Shown piece by piece: positions 1-11,283 of a stretch of DNA of 61,747 nucleotides. The notes below the pieces were generated by a model. It did not search any database, had not been told where the DNA came from, and saw only the letters and a list, made by a program, of their open reading frames with translations. The position numbers were made by a program, and so were the translations under genes. The DNA is from a virus (Duplodnaviria; Heunggongvirae; Uroviricota; Caudoviricetes). The stretch is taken from IMG/VR virus record IMGVR_UViG_3300021400_000113, positions 104,932 through 166,678 of that record. One strand, given 5' to 3'. Position 1 is the stretch's first letter, and each line of letters opens with the position of its first letter.

Positions 1-1574
1 TATTTATTGTAGATGCGGATGCAGATGGATTTACAAGTTCTTCTATTCTTTGGCTTTATATTAAAAGCATTTTTCCACAGGCAGATTTAAGTTTTAAGGT
101 ACATGAACATAAACAACATGGACTAAATGATATGATAGATATAATTGAAGATAATCCATATTGCAACTTAGTTATTTGTCCTGATAGTGCGAGTTATGAC
201 GTAAAAGAACATCAGCGTTTAGCAGATTTAGGAATTGACTGTCTTGTCCTTGACCACCATGAACAACTTTATGATGATGCAGGAAATCCTGTAATTTCAA
301 CCGCGCCAAATACCATTATTATAAATAATCAGTTATCTCCTAAATATGCCAATAAATCTTTATGTGGTGCAGGGGTTACATATAAGTTTTGCGAAGTATT
401 AGATGATACGTTAGGAGTAGAATTATCACACAATTATTTAGATTTGGTTGCTCTTGGTGAAATCGCGGATGTAATGGATAGAACAACTGCGGAAACAAAT
501 TATTTAATGATGGAAGGGCTTTCTTGTATTAATAATAAGGGATTTCAAGTATTACTTGAATCACAGTCTTTTTCATTAAAAGAAAAGGCCTCCTTTCCCT
601 GGACTGGTTTAGGCCCAATTGATATTGCTTTTTATATTGCACCTTTAATTAATGCTATTACTCGCGTAGGTTCTATTACAGAAAAAGAAACAATGTTTTA
701 TTGTTTTATTGAGCCTGATAGAATTGTAGCTAGCACAAAGCGTGGTGCCAAGTTAGGTGATACAGAAACCGCCGCGGAACAAACCGCGCGTGTAGGTAAA
801 AATGCGAAAGCACGCCAAGATAAATTAAAAGAAAAAGCAGTTGATTTAATTGATTTTAAAATTCAAAAAGAAGATTTATTAGCAAATAATATTATTCTTG
901 TTGAACTAGACGCGCAAGATAATGTACAACAAGAATTAACCGGACTAATTGCTATGGCTATTGTATCTAAGTATCATAAACCCTGTATGATTGGACGCAG
1001 AAATAGTAAAAATGAAATTGCAGGTAGTATTCGTAGTGATGGAAACTTTATTGGATTGCCTAGTTTTAAAGCCTTTTTAGAGCAAAGTGGATTAATGAAT
1101 TATGTTGCTGGACATGATTCCGCGGCGGGATGGAGCATCAAAGGTAATAAAATAGATGATTTATTAAATTATGCGAACAAAAACTTAAATGCGGCCGACT
1201 TTGAAAATTGTTATCTAGTAGATTATGTATTAGATGCTCGTCAAAATATTAGTCAATTAGTATATAATTTATCTGAGCATCCAGAATATTTTGGTAATCA
1301 TATTGATGAAGTTAAATTTGTTATTAAAAACATTTCATTGGCTAATGTTATGGCCATGGGTGCGAATAAAGATAGTATGAAAATTTCTTTTAATGGAATT
1401 GATTATGTTCATTTTAAGGACGAAGACTTTGTTGAAGAAGTTATGAATAATAGATTAAAAACATTAACGGTTTATGGGCGTGGTAATGTAAATACATTCG
1501 CCGGTCGCACTTCGGTTCAAATATTTATTGATGATTATGATTTTGAAGAGGATACCGATAGATATGAATTTTAA
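1..1574 (+). CDS. recJ: RecJ-like DHH-family ssDNA exonuclease (5' truncated by window)
   Basis: Frame open from base 3: FIVDADADGFTSSSIL (DxDxDG motif), VLDHH, and VAGHDSAAG (DHHA1). No in-frame TAG. Confidence 0.85.
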   Translation, partial: FIVDADADGFTSSSILWLYIKSIFPQADLSFKVHEHKQHGLNDMIDIIEDNPYCNLVICPDSASYDVKEHQRLADLGIDCLVLDHHEQLYDDAGNPVISTAPNTIIINNQLSPKYANKSLCGAGVTYKFCEVLDDTLGVELSHNYLDLVALGEIADVMDRTTAETNYLMMEGLSCINNKGFQVLLESQSFSLKEKASFPWTGLGPIDIAFYIAPLINAITRVGSITEKETMFYCFIEPDRIVASTKRGAKLGDTETAAEQTARVGKNAKARQDKLKEKAVDLIDFKIQKEDLLANNIILVELDAQDNVQQELTGLIAMAIVSKYHKPCMIGRRNSKNEIAGSIRSDGNFIGLPSFKAFLEQSGLMNYVAGHDSAAGWSIKGNKIDDLLNYANKNLNAADFENCYLVDYVLDARQNISQLVYNLSEHPEYFGNHIDEVKFVIKNISLANVMAMGANKDSMKISFNGIDYVHFKDEDFVEEVMNNRLKTLTVYGRGNVNTFAGRTSVQIFIDDYDFEEDTDRYEF

Positions 1575-1698
1575 GAAATGCTGTGATACATGTTTTTATT
1601 ATCATTGGTATTATGATTTTTGTGAATTATGGAAAATTAAAATAGATTTACGAGCTATATGCAGTAATTATAAGGAGAAAGAAAATGAATTTTCTTAA
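1564..1698 (+). CDS. 44-aa Cys-rich microprotein (MNFKKCCDTC...)
   Basis: ATG overlaps the end of the DHH gene; ends TAA; CxxC motif; below the ORF-track size cutoff. Confidence 0.5.
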   Translation: MNFKKCCDTCFYYHWYYDFCELWKIKIDLRAICSNYKEKENEFS

Positions 1699-1801
1699 AT
1701 GCGAAGAATGTAAATATGCAGAAAAGTGTCCTGTAATGTGGTCATACTTAAACGCTGCATGTATTACCATTTAGAAGCCCAAAGAAGAGGAGAAAAAATA
1801 A
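1685..1801 (+). CDS. 38-aa Cys-rich microprotein with one TAG(Gln)
   Basis: AAGGAG RBS; MNFLKCEECKYAEKCP...TI*KPKEEEKK; with TAG (1772) read as Q its TAA overlaps the next ATG (TAATG). Confidence 0.55.
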
Positions 1802-2025
1802 TGATTTGTAGAGATTGTATTTTTGCTTATACCAATCCTAATGACAATCAAGATATTTATTCTTGCCCATTTGATCATGAATATTGTTTTCATAGCAATG
1901 AACCATGCCATTATCCGCGCGAATATCGATATTATTTACGGCTATGCAGAAAAGAATATAAATTATATGATATAGTTTCAGAAGCAGAAAAAGCAGAAGA
2001 AGAACTACATGATTAGATTGAATGA
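1801..2025 (+). CDS. small Cys/His-rich protein (MICRDC...CPFDHEYC)
   Basis: GAGGAG RBS, ATG at 1801; TAG at 2014 read as Q extends the ORF to TGA at 2023-2025. Confidence 0.55.
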
Positions 2026-2059
2026 GACTATATGACTCATATAAGTTGAATACTAGAAC

Positions 2060-2088
2060 TTGACAAATAATCGAATTCATGCTATAAT
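2060..2088 (+). promoter_or_regulatory. sigma70/sigmaA promoter for the polymerase operon
   Basis: TTGACA-17 bp-TATAAT with extended TG. Confidence 0.8.
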
Positions 2089-2118
2089 TATTATAGAATA
2101 GTAGAAAGAGGTGATTGT

Positions 2119-5100
2119 GTGAGTAGATACCCAGGCAGTCTTCATAATCACACAGAATTTAGCAATGAAACACTTCGTGACTGTATAAATAAAGTTAATG
2201 CATTAATAGATACGGCTATTCAGCTTGGGCATGAATGCGTTGCTATAACAGACCACGAAACGATTTCAAGTTATATTAAGGCTGAAAAATATTATAAAAA
2301 AATAAAAGAGCAAAATCCAGGATTTAAATTAATTCGTGGTAATGAGATTTATTTAACACGTAATGATTTAAATGCGAAAAATTTTGATCGCACGCGAGAT
2401 AGATATTTTCACTTTATTCTTTTATGTAAAGATTTAGAAGGATACCATCAAATTTGTGAATTATCTACTCGCGCTTGGAAGCGTTCATATATAAGCCGTA
2501 GATTACGTCGTCGTCCAACATATTATAGAGATTTAAAAGAAATTGTCGGAAAAAATCCTGGACATTTAATCGCGTCTTCGGCTTGTTTAGGTTCTCAATT
2601 AGATAAATTTTTACTTCAATATATGGATACCAATGATATTCAATTTTATGAAACTGCAAAAAATTGGTGTATATATATTCAAAATATTTTTGGAAAAGAT
2701 AATTTTTATTTAGAAATGCAGCCTTCCAATAACAAAGAACAAATCTTTGTTAATAAACATTTATTGAAAATTAGTAAGGAATTGAATATTCCTTATATTA
2801 TTACGACTGATAGTCATTATTTACGGCCAGAAGATGCTTTTATTCACGAGACGTTTTTAAACGCGCAGGACGGAGAGCGCGAAGTAAGAAGTTTCTATGA
2901 AACAACTTACATGATGACAGATGAAGAAGTGCGTTCGTTTTTTTCATATTTAACAGAAGAACAAATTGAAGTCGCGTATAAAACTATTAGAGAAATAAAG
3001 GATAAATGTGAAGATTTTAGTATCTTAAAGCCACTAGAAATTCCTCAACTTCCCTGGCGTAAATTTAATCAACATAGTCAAATCGAATTACAAGTTGCGA
3101 TTAATAATATGCCAGCTATTAAAAAATTTATTGAATCTTCATATTATGCAGATAATATATTAGTAGATGCAATTATTGATGGTATTTATAAACATGAAGA
3201 TTTACAAAATCAACAAGCCTATAATGCATTAAACGAGTGTCTTGAAATGACATGGACTTCAAGCGAAGTTAATAATGCACGTTGGTCAGCATATTTCTTA
3301 AATCTTCAAAAAATTATTGACGAATGTTGGAACGCAGGAACAATTGTTATGCCCGCACGTGGCTCTGGCGGTGGTTTTTTACTTTTATATGCACTAGACA
3401 TTATTCAAATTAATGCTTTAAGAGAAAAAACGCCTACGTTTCCTTGGAGATTCCTCAATCCTGCTCGTGTTAGTGTATTGGATATTGACGTAGATATTAG
3501 TGGTATTAAGCGCGCACAAGTATTGGAACATTTAAGAAAATTTTATGGAGAAAATCGTGTATCTAATGTTGCAACATTTAAATTGGAAAAGTCAAAATCT
3601 GCAATTTTAACTGCGTGTCGTGGTTTAGGTATTGATGTAGATAATGCGCAATATATTTCTTCTCTAATTACCTCTGAACGTGGTCAAGCCTATACATTAA
3701 AACAAATGTATTATGGTGATGAAGAAAATGATATTAAACCTAATCAAGTTTTTATAGATGAAATAAATAAATATCCAAAATTATGGGAAGTAGCAAATCG
3801 TATTGAAGGATTGATTTGTGGAATGGGTATTCACGCGGGCGGAGTAGTATTTAAGGATAAAGATTTTACAGAATCTTCAGCATTAATGCGCGCGCCTGAT
3901 GGAACGATCGTAACCCAGTTTGAGCTTCATGACTTAGAAGACGTTTCAGAAATTAAAATGGATTTGCTTTCAGTTGAAGCAGCGGATAAAATTCAAGTCT
4001 GTTTGGAAATGTTAATCAAAGATGGATATATTAAAGAATATCCAACTTTAAGAGAAACTTATGAGCATGCCATTAATGTTTATGATATTGAGCGTAATGA
4101 TCCTAAAATGTGGGACATGGTATATAATCATAAGATTATATCATTATTCCAAATGGAAAAAGATAGCGGTATTCGCGGAATTACCTTAACAAATCCAAGA
4201 AGCGTTGATGACCTAGCAACTTTAAATTCTGTTATTCGTTTGATGGCGGCAGAAAAAGGAGCAGAATCTCCATTGGATAAATATGCTCGTTTTCGTGAAA
4301 ATCCTTGGATGTGGGATACAGAAATGCGTGAGTACGGATTGACAAAAGACCAAATGAAATTATTACATGAGCAATTAGATATTTCAAATGGTTTGTCAAT
4401 TACACAAGAACAATTTATGAAATTAGTTCAATTACCAGAATGCGGTGGTTGGGACTTACAATTCGCGGATAAGCTTCGTAAAAGTATAGCGAAGAAAAAT
4501 CCAAAAGAATATGAAGAATTAACAGAAAAGTTTTTTAAAGGAATTAAAGAAAAAGGATGCAATGAACGTTTCTGTCATTACGTATGGGACGTTCAAATAG
4601 CATTAAGTAGAGGATATGGTTTTAATGCTAGTCATACTCTTGCTTATTCAATTATTGCTCTTCAAGAAATGAATTTAGCATATAAGTATCCAATTGTGTA
4701 TTGGAATACAGCAAATCTTATTGTTGATAGTGGGGGCGTTCAAACAGTCGATTATACCGAAAGTGAAGATGAAATGATTGAAGTTGAACTCGCGCCAGAT
4801 GATGATGTTGAAGAACAAGATACAGATGAAGAAGAGGAAGAATTAGAAGAGTGGGAAGAAGCCAATCAAGTAACTTCTACCGATGAAGAAGAAAAGAAAA
4901 AGAAGAAACAAAAAAATGTTGATTATGGCCGCATAGCTTCTATAATTGGTAAACTAGGTAATTATGGTATAAAAGTTTCTCCGCCAGATATAAACAAATC
5001 TTCTTATACCTTTACTCCAATTGCTGAAACAAATACAATTCTATATGGTCTTCGTGGTATCGCACGTATATCCGGAGAAAAAATTACTGAAATTATGGAG

Positions 5101-6102
5101 CGGCGTCCCTACTTATCTTTAAAGGACTTTTTAAGTAAAAACCGTTTAAATATTATACAAATTACAAACTTAATAAAATCAGGCGCGTTTGATACAATTG
5201 AGAATAAAGCGCGTGAAGATATAATGTATGAATTTTTAGATTCTACAATAGAAAAAAAGGAAAGATTAACATTACAAAATATGCAAATGTTAATTACGAA
5301 AGATTTAATTCCAGAAGAAATGGTATTTTATAAGAGATTGTTTTTATTTAATAAGTTCTTAAAATCTCAAAAAGATGAGATATATTATGATTTAAATAGC
5401 GCAGCAATTAATTTTATTTCAAACAATTTTGATGCCGATTTAATTGATGATGGTTCAAAAATTCTTCAAAAGACTTGGGATAACTTGTATAAAAAAGCTA
5501 TGGATCCAATGAGAGATTATTTAAAAGCTCACAAAGAAGAAATACTTAATAAATTAAATCAAGCAATATATAATGAAGCGGCTGAAAAATATAGTAATGG
5601 TAATATAAGTAAATGGGAAATGGATAGTATTAGTTTTTATTATCACGAACATGAATTAATTGAAGCCGCGAATGATTATGATGATTTCTTTACTTTGTCA
5701 GAAGAACCAGAAATTGAATATACATTCCCAGGAGCAAATGGACAGGAAGTAAAAGTCTATAAACTTCATAAAATTATTGGTACGGTGATTGATAAAGATA
5801 AGATGCATAATACGATAACTTTACTTACTCCAACAGGAGTTGTAACAGTAAAGATTTATAAAAATCAATTTGCTCTATATGATAAGCAATTATCACAGCG
5901 TGGAGCTGACGGTAAGAAGCATGTTATTGAGAAAAGCTGGTTTACTCGCGGAACAAAGCTTATGATTCAAGGTATTCGTCGCGAACAAAATTTCATTCCC
6001 AAGAAACGGAAGAACTCAGTTTATCCAGTAATATCAAAAATTACTGCGATTGATAAGAATAAATTAACTTTTCAATTAGAACGTGTGGAGGTGGAAGAAT
6101 AA
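2119..6102 (+). CDS. dnaE: DNA polymerase III alpha subunit-like (family C, PHP domain)
   Basis: PHP motifs HNHTEFS and AITDH; PARGSGGG; LDIDVD catalytic motif; IHAGGVV; GYGFNASHTLAYS; 1327 aa with no TAG. Confidence 0.95.
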   Translation: MSRYPGSLHNHTEFSNETLRDCINKVNALIDTAIQLGHECVAITDHETISSYIKAEKYYKKIKEQNPGFKLIRGNEIYLTRNDLNAKNFDRTRDRYFHFILLCKDLEGYHQICELSTRAWKRSYISRRLRRRPTYYRDLKEIVGKNPGHLIASSACLGSQLDKFLLQYMDTNDIQFYETAKNWCIYIQNIFGKDNFYLEMQPSNNKEQIFVNKHLLKISKELNIPYIITTDSHYLRPEDAFIHETFLNAQDGEREVRSFYETTYMMTDEEVRSFFSYLTEEQIEVAYKTIREIKDKCEDFSILKPLEIPQLPWRKFNQHSQIELQVAINNMPAIKKFIESSYYADNILVDAIIDGIYKHEDLQNQQAYNALNECLEMTWTSSEVNNARWSAYFLNLQKIIDECWNAGTIVMPARGSGGGFLLLYALDIIQINALREKTPTFPWRFLNPARVSVLDIDVDISGIKRAQVLEHLRKFYGENRVSNVATFKLEKSKSAILTACRGLGIDVDNAQYISSLITSERGQAYTLKQMYYGDEENDIKPNQVFIDEINKYPKLWEVANRIEGLICGMGIHAGGVVFKDKDFTESSALMRAPDGTIVTQFELHDLEDVSEIKMDLLSVEAADKIQVCLEMLIKDGYIKEYPTLRETYEHAINVYDIERNDPKMWDMVYNHKIISLFQMEKDSGIRGITLTNPRSVDDLATLNSVIRLMAAEKGAESPLDKYARFRENPWMWDTEMREYGLTKDQMKLLHEQLDISNGLSITQEQFMKLVQLPECGGWDLQFADKLRKSIAKKNPKEYEELTEKFFKGIKEKGCNERFCHYVWDVQIALSRGYGFNASHTLAYSIIALQEMNLAYKYPIVYWNTANLIVDSGGVQTVDYTESEDEMIEVELAPDDDVEEQDTDEEEEELEEWEEANQVTSTDEEEKKKKKQKNVDYGRIASIIGKLGNYGIKVSPPDINKSSYTFTPIAETNTILYGLRGIARISGEKITEIMERRPYLSLKDFLSKNRLNIIQITNLIKSGAFDTIENKAREDIMYEFLDSTIEKKERLTLQNMQMLITKDLIPEEMVFYKRLFLFNKFLKSQKDEIYYDLNSAAINFISNNFDADLIDDGSKILQKTWDNLYKKAMDPMRDYLKAHKEEILNKLNQAIYNEAAEKYSNGNISKWEMDSISFYYHEHELIEAANDYDDFFTLSEEPEIEYTFPGANGQEVKVYKLHKIIGTVIDKDKMHNTITLLTPTGVVTVKIYKNQFALYDKQLSQRGADGKKHVIEKSWFTRGTKLMIQGIRREQNFIPKKRKNSVYPVISKITAIDKNKLTFQLERVEVEE

Positions 6103-7184
6103 TGATTGGCTTAATAGATTTAGATTTTTATTCTTCTACCGCCACAGATTGTCTAATTCCTAATGTAGATATAATGAAATTGGCGACATATTATCGTATT
6201 GAAAAAAATACCTTTTGTCGCCTAATTTCTTTGTTTGAAACTGAATTAGAGGGATATGACAAGATATATTGTTTTAGTGAAAGTGAAGAACCAATAAAAG
6301 TTCCAGAATAGTTCTTGCGCGCGCAAAATATAGTTTTTGGCGGCACTGGATTTACAAAAGAATATATTCCTTTTGAAAATGAAATTATTGATTTTACTAT
6401 TCCAAAACCGACAATATATAAAGATATATTGAAATAGAAATATAACGATGGAATTAAATCAAAAGTTATAAATCATGTTTTAGACGATACATATTATAGA
6501 ATGTTTGCTGGAAATAAAATTTTACCAATTCCTCCAATTATGAAGGGCAAACGAATATTTTTATTTGATAAAGAATTATTTAAAGATGGCTGGGAAGAAC
6601 AATTAAATAAAATAGCTAGAAGAAAGCCTTCGTCTATTATTCCAATACATCCAATACGATGTAAAAAAATTAAACAATATTTTAGCATAAGAGAGAGTTC
6701 AATAATTACTCGTAATGCAGAAGTAATATTAGATTTAAATATTCCATTAGATGAAATACATTATATGCTAAAAAATTATACTAATCGTTTTCTCGCGGAT
6801 TTAGTTCCAAGCTCAAGAGTATATATCACACTTGGCGGAGATTTTAGATATAATAAATAGTATATAGATGACTATGTATATAAATTAAATCTATTGTATT
6901 CATTTTGGAGTAAGGGTATTCCAATGAAAATAAAATATATTACTCCTTCAATTGGATTTAATGACCCAATTGTAGAACTATCACAATTAACGGCTAAATG
7001 GAGTAGGCAAAGCGGTATGAAAGGGGAGCGAACTTTGAATGATAGACTTCCAATTAGTAAAACAACAAAGCCTACAAAATAGCGAATAGAAAAAAATTTA
7101 TTATTAGAATAGCATCCTAATGCGCGAGAATTGTTTAATCAAGATTATAATAAATTAAAAACAGAAGGGAGATGGCGAGTATGA
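6102..7184 (+). CDS. 360-aa protein resembling the N-terminus of phage radical-SAM proteins, without CxxxCxxC (TAG-recoded)
   Basis: Track ORFs 6102, 6501 and 6894 share one frame separated only by TAG; MIGLIDLD..PNVDIMKLATYY..YDKIY..GGTGF; ends TGA overlapping the next ATG. Confidence 0.7.
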
Positions 7185-7393
7185 TAGATATAGATGAAAT
7201 TATTAGCACTCATAAAAGATTAGACTAGGAATTACAAATCGCCCTTTCAACAATGGAAAGAAAAGATACCGTAAAAGATATAAGGCGTCAAATTAAAGAG
7301 AATTAGAAAAGATGTCCTCATATGAGTATTAGATATAATCTAGCAGAAGAAAATGGTATTTGTCCATATTGCGGCAGAAAAAAGAAACAATGA
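7181..7393 (+). CDS. 70-aa protein with C-terminal zinc ribbon (2 TAG)
   Basis: ATGA overlap; ...KRCPH...GICPYCG...; ends TGA just before the nrdD RBS. Confidence 0.65.
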
Positions 7394-7402
7394 GGTGGAT
7401 AT

Positions 7403-9688
7403 ATGGATATTAATATTATAAAACGTACTGGAGAGGTAGTACAATTTAATCATAAAAAAATTATAAATGCTATTAGTAAAGCTTATCATGATGTAAGAGA
7501 AGGAGAAGAAATTCCTTGGTACGCTGAAAAAATTGCTAATGAAGTATATGAAGTAGCAGAGCAAAATGAATCGCCACTTACAGTTGAAGAAATTCAAGAA
7601 CTAGTAGAAGATTATTTAACTGATTATGATAGATTAGTTGCCAAGGCTTATATAAGATATCGCTATAAGCGGGGAGTAATGCGCGCCTGTTCAGACGAGT
7701 TTATTCGCTCTATTAGTGAAAAACTACAAGCAAAAAACGTACAAAATCAAAACGCTAATGTAGATGAACATTCTTTTGGTGGTAGAGTTGGAGAAGCTTC
7801 GGATGAAATGATGAAACAATATGCACTAGACTTTTGCGTTTCTCCAATGGCACGTGCGAATCATTTAAATAATGAAATTTATATTCATGATTTAAGCGCG
7901 TATGCGGTTGGTATGCATAATTGTCTAAGTATTCCATTTGATAAATTGTTGGCAGAAGGTTTTAATACTCGACAAACTGACGTGCGGCCAGCCAATTCAA
8001 TTAATACTGCTTTCCAATTAGTTGCTGTTATCTTTCAACTTCAATCATTAATGCAGTTTGGCGGTGTCAGCGCCACTCATTTAGATTGGACTATGGTGCC
8101 TTATGTAAGGAAGAGCTTTTGGAAACATTTCAAGGATGGATTGAAATGGTTAGATAATGATTCAAATGGAGCACATTTTTTCTTAGGAACAGATGTTACA
8201 AAAATGCCTATTGAGCCATATAATCATCCATCAACAGACCCTCAAACATTATTAATAGTTCAGACAGCTCAAGATATGAAGGCATATAAGTATGCTATGG
8301 AAATGACTGAACGTGAATTACAACAAGCAGTTGAAGGTATGTATCATAACCTAAATACATTATAGAGTAGATCGGGGAACTAGTTGCCTTTTACCTCTAT
8401 CAACTATGGAACTTGTACCCTACCCGAAGGTCGCATGGTAATAAAAGCATTACTTGAAGGCTCAATCAAAGGAGTAGGTAAATTCCATAAAACGCCTATT
8501 TTCCCTTGTGGTATTTTCCAACTTGGAAAAGGCATTAATCGCGCACCAGGTGATCCAAACTATGATATGTATCAATTAGCATTAAAATCAACCGCAAAGC
8601 GTATTTATCCTAATTATGCAAATATTGACTGGTCTGGTAATGCTGGATATGACAAAAATGATCCAAAGACATTCTTTAGCACCATGGGTTGTAGAACCGC
8701 GAATGGCGCAGATATCAACGCAGAACCGGGAGTTAACCCACAAACTAAGGATGGCCGCGGTAATATTTGCCCAGTAACTATTATTATGCCAACCATTGCT
8801 ATGGAAGTTAAAGAAAATTTATATAATTCAATGCTTTATCCAGAAGAATTTGATCAAGACAGTTTAATTGAAGAGTTTATAAATAAATTAGACCAAAAAA
8901 TCCATGAAGCAAAGGATATGTTAATTGAGCGCTTCAATTGGATTTGCTCTCAATCACCCGCTTCTGCTAAATTTATGTATGAAAATGGTACTATGTTAGG
9001 CTATCATCCAGAAGAAGGTATTCGTTCAGCATTAAAACATGGCACTATTGTAATCGGTCAATTAGGGCTTGCTGAAACTTTACAAATTTTAATTGGTTGC
9101 GACCATACTACTGAAAAAGGTATGATATTAGCAAAACGTATTGAGCAACTATTTAAAGATAGATGTGCTGAATTTAAAAAAGAATATAAATTAAATTTTG
9201 GAGTATATTATACTCCAGCTGAAAATTTATGTTATACTGCAATGAAAAAATTTAAAGCCAAGTATGGTGAAATTCCTAATGTTTCTGACCGTGAATATTT
9301 TACAAATAGTATCCACGTTCCTGTATGGCATGAAATTTCTGTATTTGATAAAATTGATATTGAAAGCCAACTAACGGGATATTCTAGTGCTGGATGTATT
9401 ACTTATGTTGAATTACCAACCGGTGTTAAAAATAATATTGAAGCGCTCGAAACAATTGTAAATTATGCTATGGACCACGACATTCCATATTTTGCTTGTA
9501 ATTTAAAATTAGACTGTTGCGATGATTGCGGTTATCAAGATGAAATGAATGATACTTGTCCTCAATGCGGAAGTCATAATATTTCTCAATTACGCAGAGT
9601 AACTGGATATTTAACTGGTTCATATAAGAAAGCATTTAATTGGGGCAAACAAAAAGAAACGGAAGATCGTGTGGAGCATATACACTAA
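7403..9688 (+). CDS. nrdD: anaerobic (class III) ribonucleoside-triphosphate reductase with ATP cone; 2 TAG(Gln)
   Basis: ATP cone; TAG at 8363 and 8381 give the conserved NLNTLQSRSGNQLPFTSINYGT; C-terminal CDDC..CPQC and RRVTGYL glycyl-radical motif. Confidence 0.95.
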
Positions 9689-10203
9689 TGAGTAAAATTG
9701 CTGGTATATATTGGGATGATACCGCGGCAGCGCCCGGTATCTCCCTCTCGGTTTATTTTTCTGGATGTCACTTCCATTGCCCCGGATGTCATAATCCAGA
9801 AGCACAAGATTTTAATTTTGGTGAAGAGTTTAATATGAAAAAAGCATATGAAATATGCTTTAAATTAAATAAAAATAATATTATGCGCAAGCTAAGTATA
9901 TTAGGTGGAGAACCTTTAACAGATGAAAATTTACTCGCGGTTTCACAATTAGTTGATATATGTAAATTTCATTTTCCAGATTTAGAAATTTATGTATGGA
10001 CTGGATATTTATATGAAGAATTGCAAGAGCGCGCAAGTAAAGAAGGATTTGAAGCTGGTTTATTAACAAATATCTTAAATAAAATTGATTATATTATTGA
10101 TGGACGTTTTGAGCTAGATAAGCGTGATATAACCTTACCATTGCGTGGTTCATCAAATCAAAGAATTATTCATATAGAACATGATAATGAGGATGAAGAA
10201 TAA
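9688..10203 (+). CDS. nrdG: anaerobic RNR activating enzyme (radical SAM)
   Basis: TAATG overlap with nrdD; GCHFHCPGCHN; LGGEPL; DGRF..LRGSSNQR. Confidence 0.92.
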   Translation: MSKIAGIYWDDTAAAPGISLSVYFSGCHFHCPGCHNPEAQDFNFGEEFNMKKAYEICFKLNKNNIMRKLSILGGEPLTDENLLAVSQLVDICKFHFPDLEIYVWTGYLYEELQERASKEGFEAGLLTNILNKIDYIIDGRFELDKRDITLPLRGSSNQRIIHIEHDNEDEE

Positions 10204-10218
10204 TCGTCCTCATTATCA
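10184..10218 (+). terminator. hairpin spanning the nrdG stop codon
   Basis: GATAATGAGGATGA-agaataa-TCGTCCTCATTATC. Confidence 0.6.
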
Positions 10219-10226
10219 TTTAATAT

Positions 10227-10255
10227 TTGACTTTCTCTTAAAACTGTGTTATAAT
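10227..10255 (+). promoter_or_regulatory. sigma70/sigmaA promoter
   Basis: TTGACT-17 bp-TATAAT with extended TG. Confidence 0.75.
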
Positions 10256-10290
10256 AAATTATAAGAAAAGGAAAACACGGAAGTGAGAGA

Positions 10291-11283
10291 ATGGAGTGGA
10301 TAATAGTTGGTATTCTTGCTATTGCTATAATTATTTTAATAATAAAACTAGGAAAGAAGCAAGATATAGATAAAACAGAATTAAATAAATATTAGGAAGA
10401 ATTAGCATTTGCAAAAGCTAATTTATCAACAATAGATTATAATTGTAAATAGATAACGGAACGCGTTCGAGAAGCAGAAGAAAAATATTATTCTATTATT
10501 GAATAGTATAAGCAAGCTACTGAGTAGAATCAAATTGACTTAGATGAATTTTTTATTAATCAAAAAGATGCCCGTCAAGCAGAACTAGATAAAGCATTTG
10601 AAGAACAAGAAAAATAGCGTCAAGAATCATTAAATTTAAGAATGAAAACTTTTGTGGATCAGGCGCAAAATAGAATCAATGAAGCCGAAAAAGAGGCCTA
10701 GATAGCAATTGAAAATTGGCGCAAGGCTCAAGATGATATTGCGGCAGAAACAGACAGGCAATTAAAACGATATGAAGGATTATTGGGACCGCTTCAATAG
10801 TATGAAAAAGAATAGCAAGAAAAATTATTTTATACTATATAGGTTCCTGATGAATATAAAGAAGATATAAATTTCCTAATAACAACTGTTTCGTAGAAAG
10901 TATAGCATCCTGATATTATAAATAAACTTGTTTGGGCGGAGTATGTTAAACCATATATAGATGAAACTTTTAAGCGGGTCGGAATTAAAGATGAAGCTGG
11001 AATTTATAAAATAACAAATATTGAAAGTGGTAAGTGCTATATTGGTAAAAGTACTAATATTAAAAAACGTTTAACAGACCATTTTAAATCCAGTATCGGA
11101 ATTAAAACAATCGCGGATTAGGCTGTACATCATGAAATATGGAAAACAGGATTTTGGAATTGGACAATAGAACCAATTATCTATTGTGATAAAGATGAAT
11201 TAAATGATTTAGAAAAGTATTATATAGAATTTTTTAAAAGCCAAGAATTTGGTTATAATAAAAATGCGGGTGGTGGCGGTTAA
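10291..11283 (+). CDS. N-terminal TM + coiled coil + GIY-YIG endonuclease domain (TAG-recoded, 330 aa)
   Basis: MEWIIVGILAIAIIILIIKL; long EQ-rich helix with many in-frame TAG; AGIYKITNIESGKCYIGKSTNIKKRLTDH..LEKYYI..GYN; TAA overlaps the next ATG. Confidence 0.85.

Noticed and set aside
8363-8383. Split nrdD (intron, intein or two-subunit gene)
   Set aside because: The gap is 7 codons in frame and reads as the conserved QSRSGNQ with TAG=Gln.
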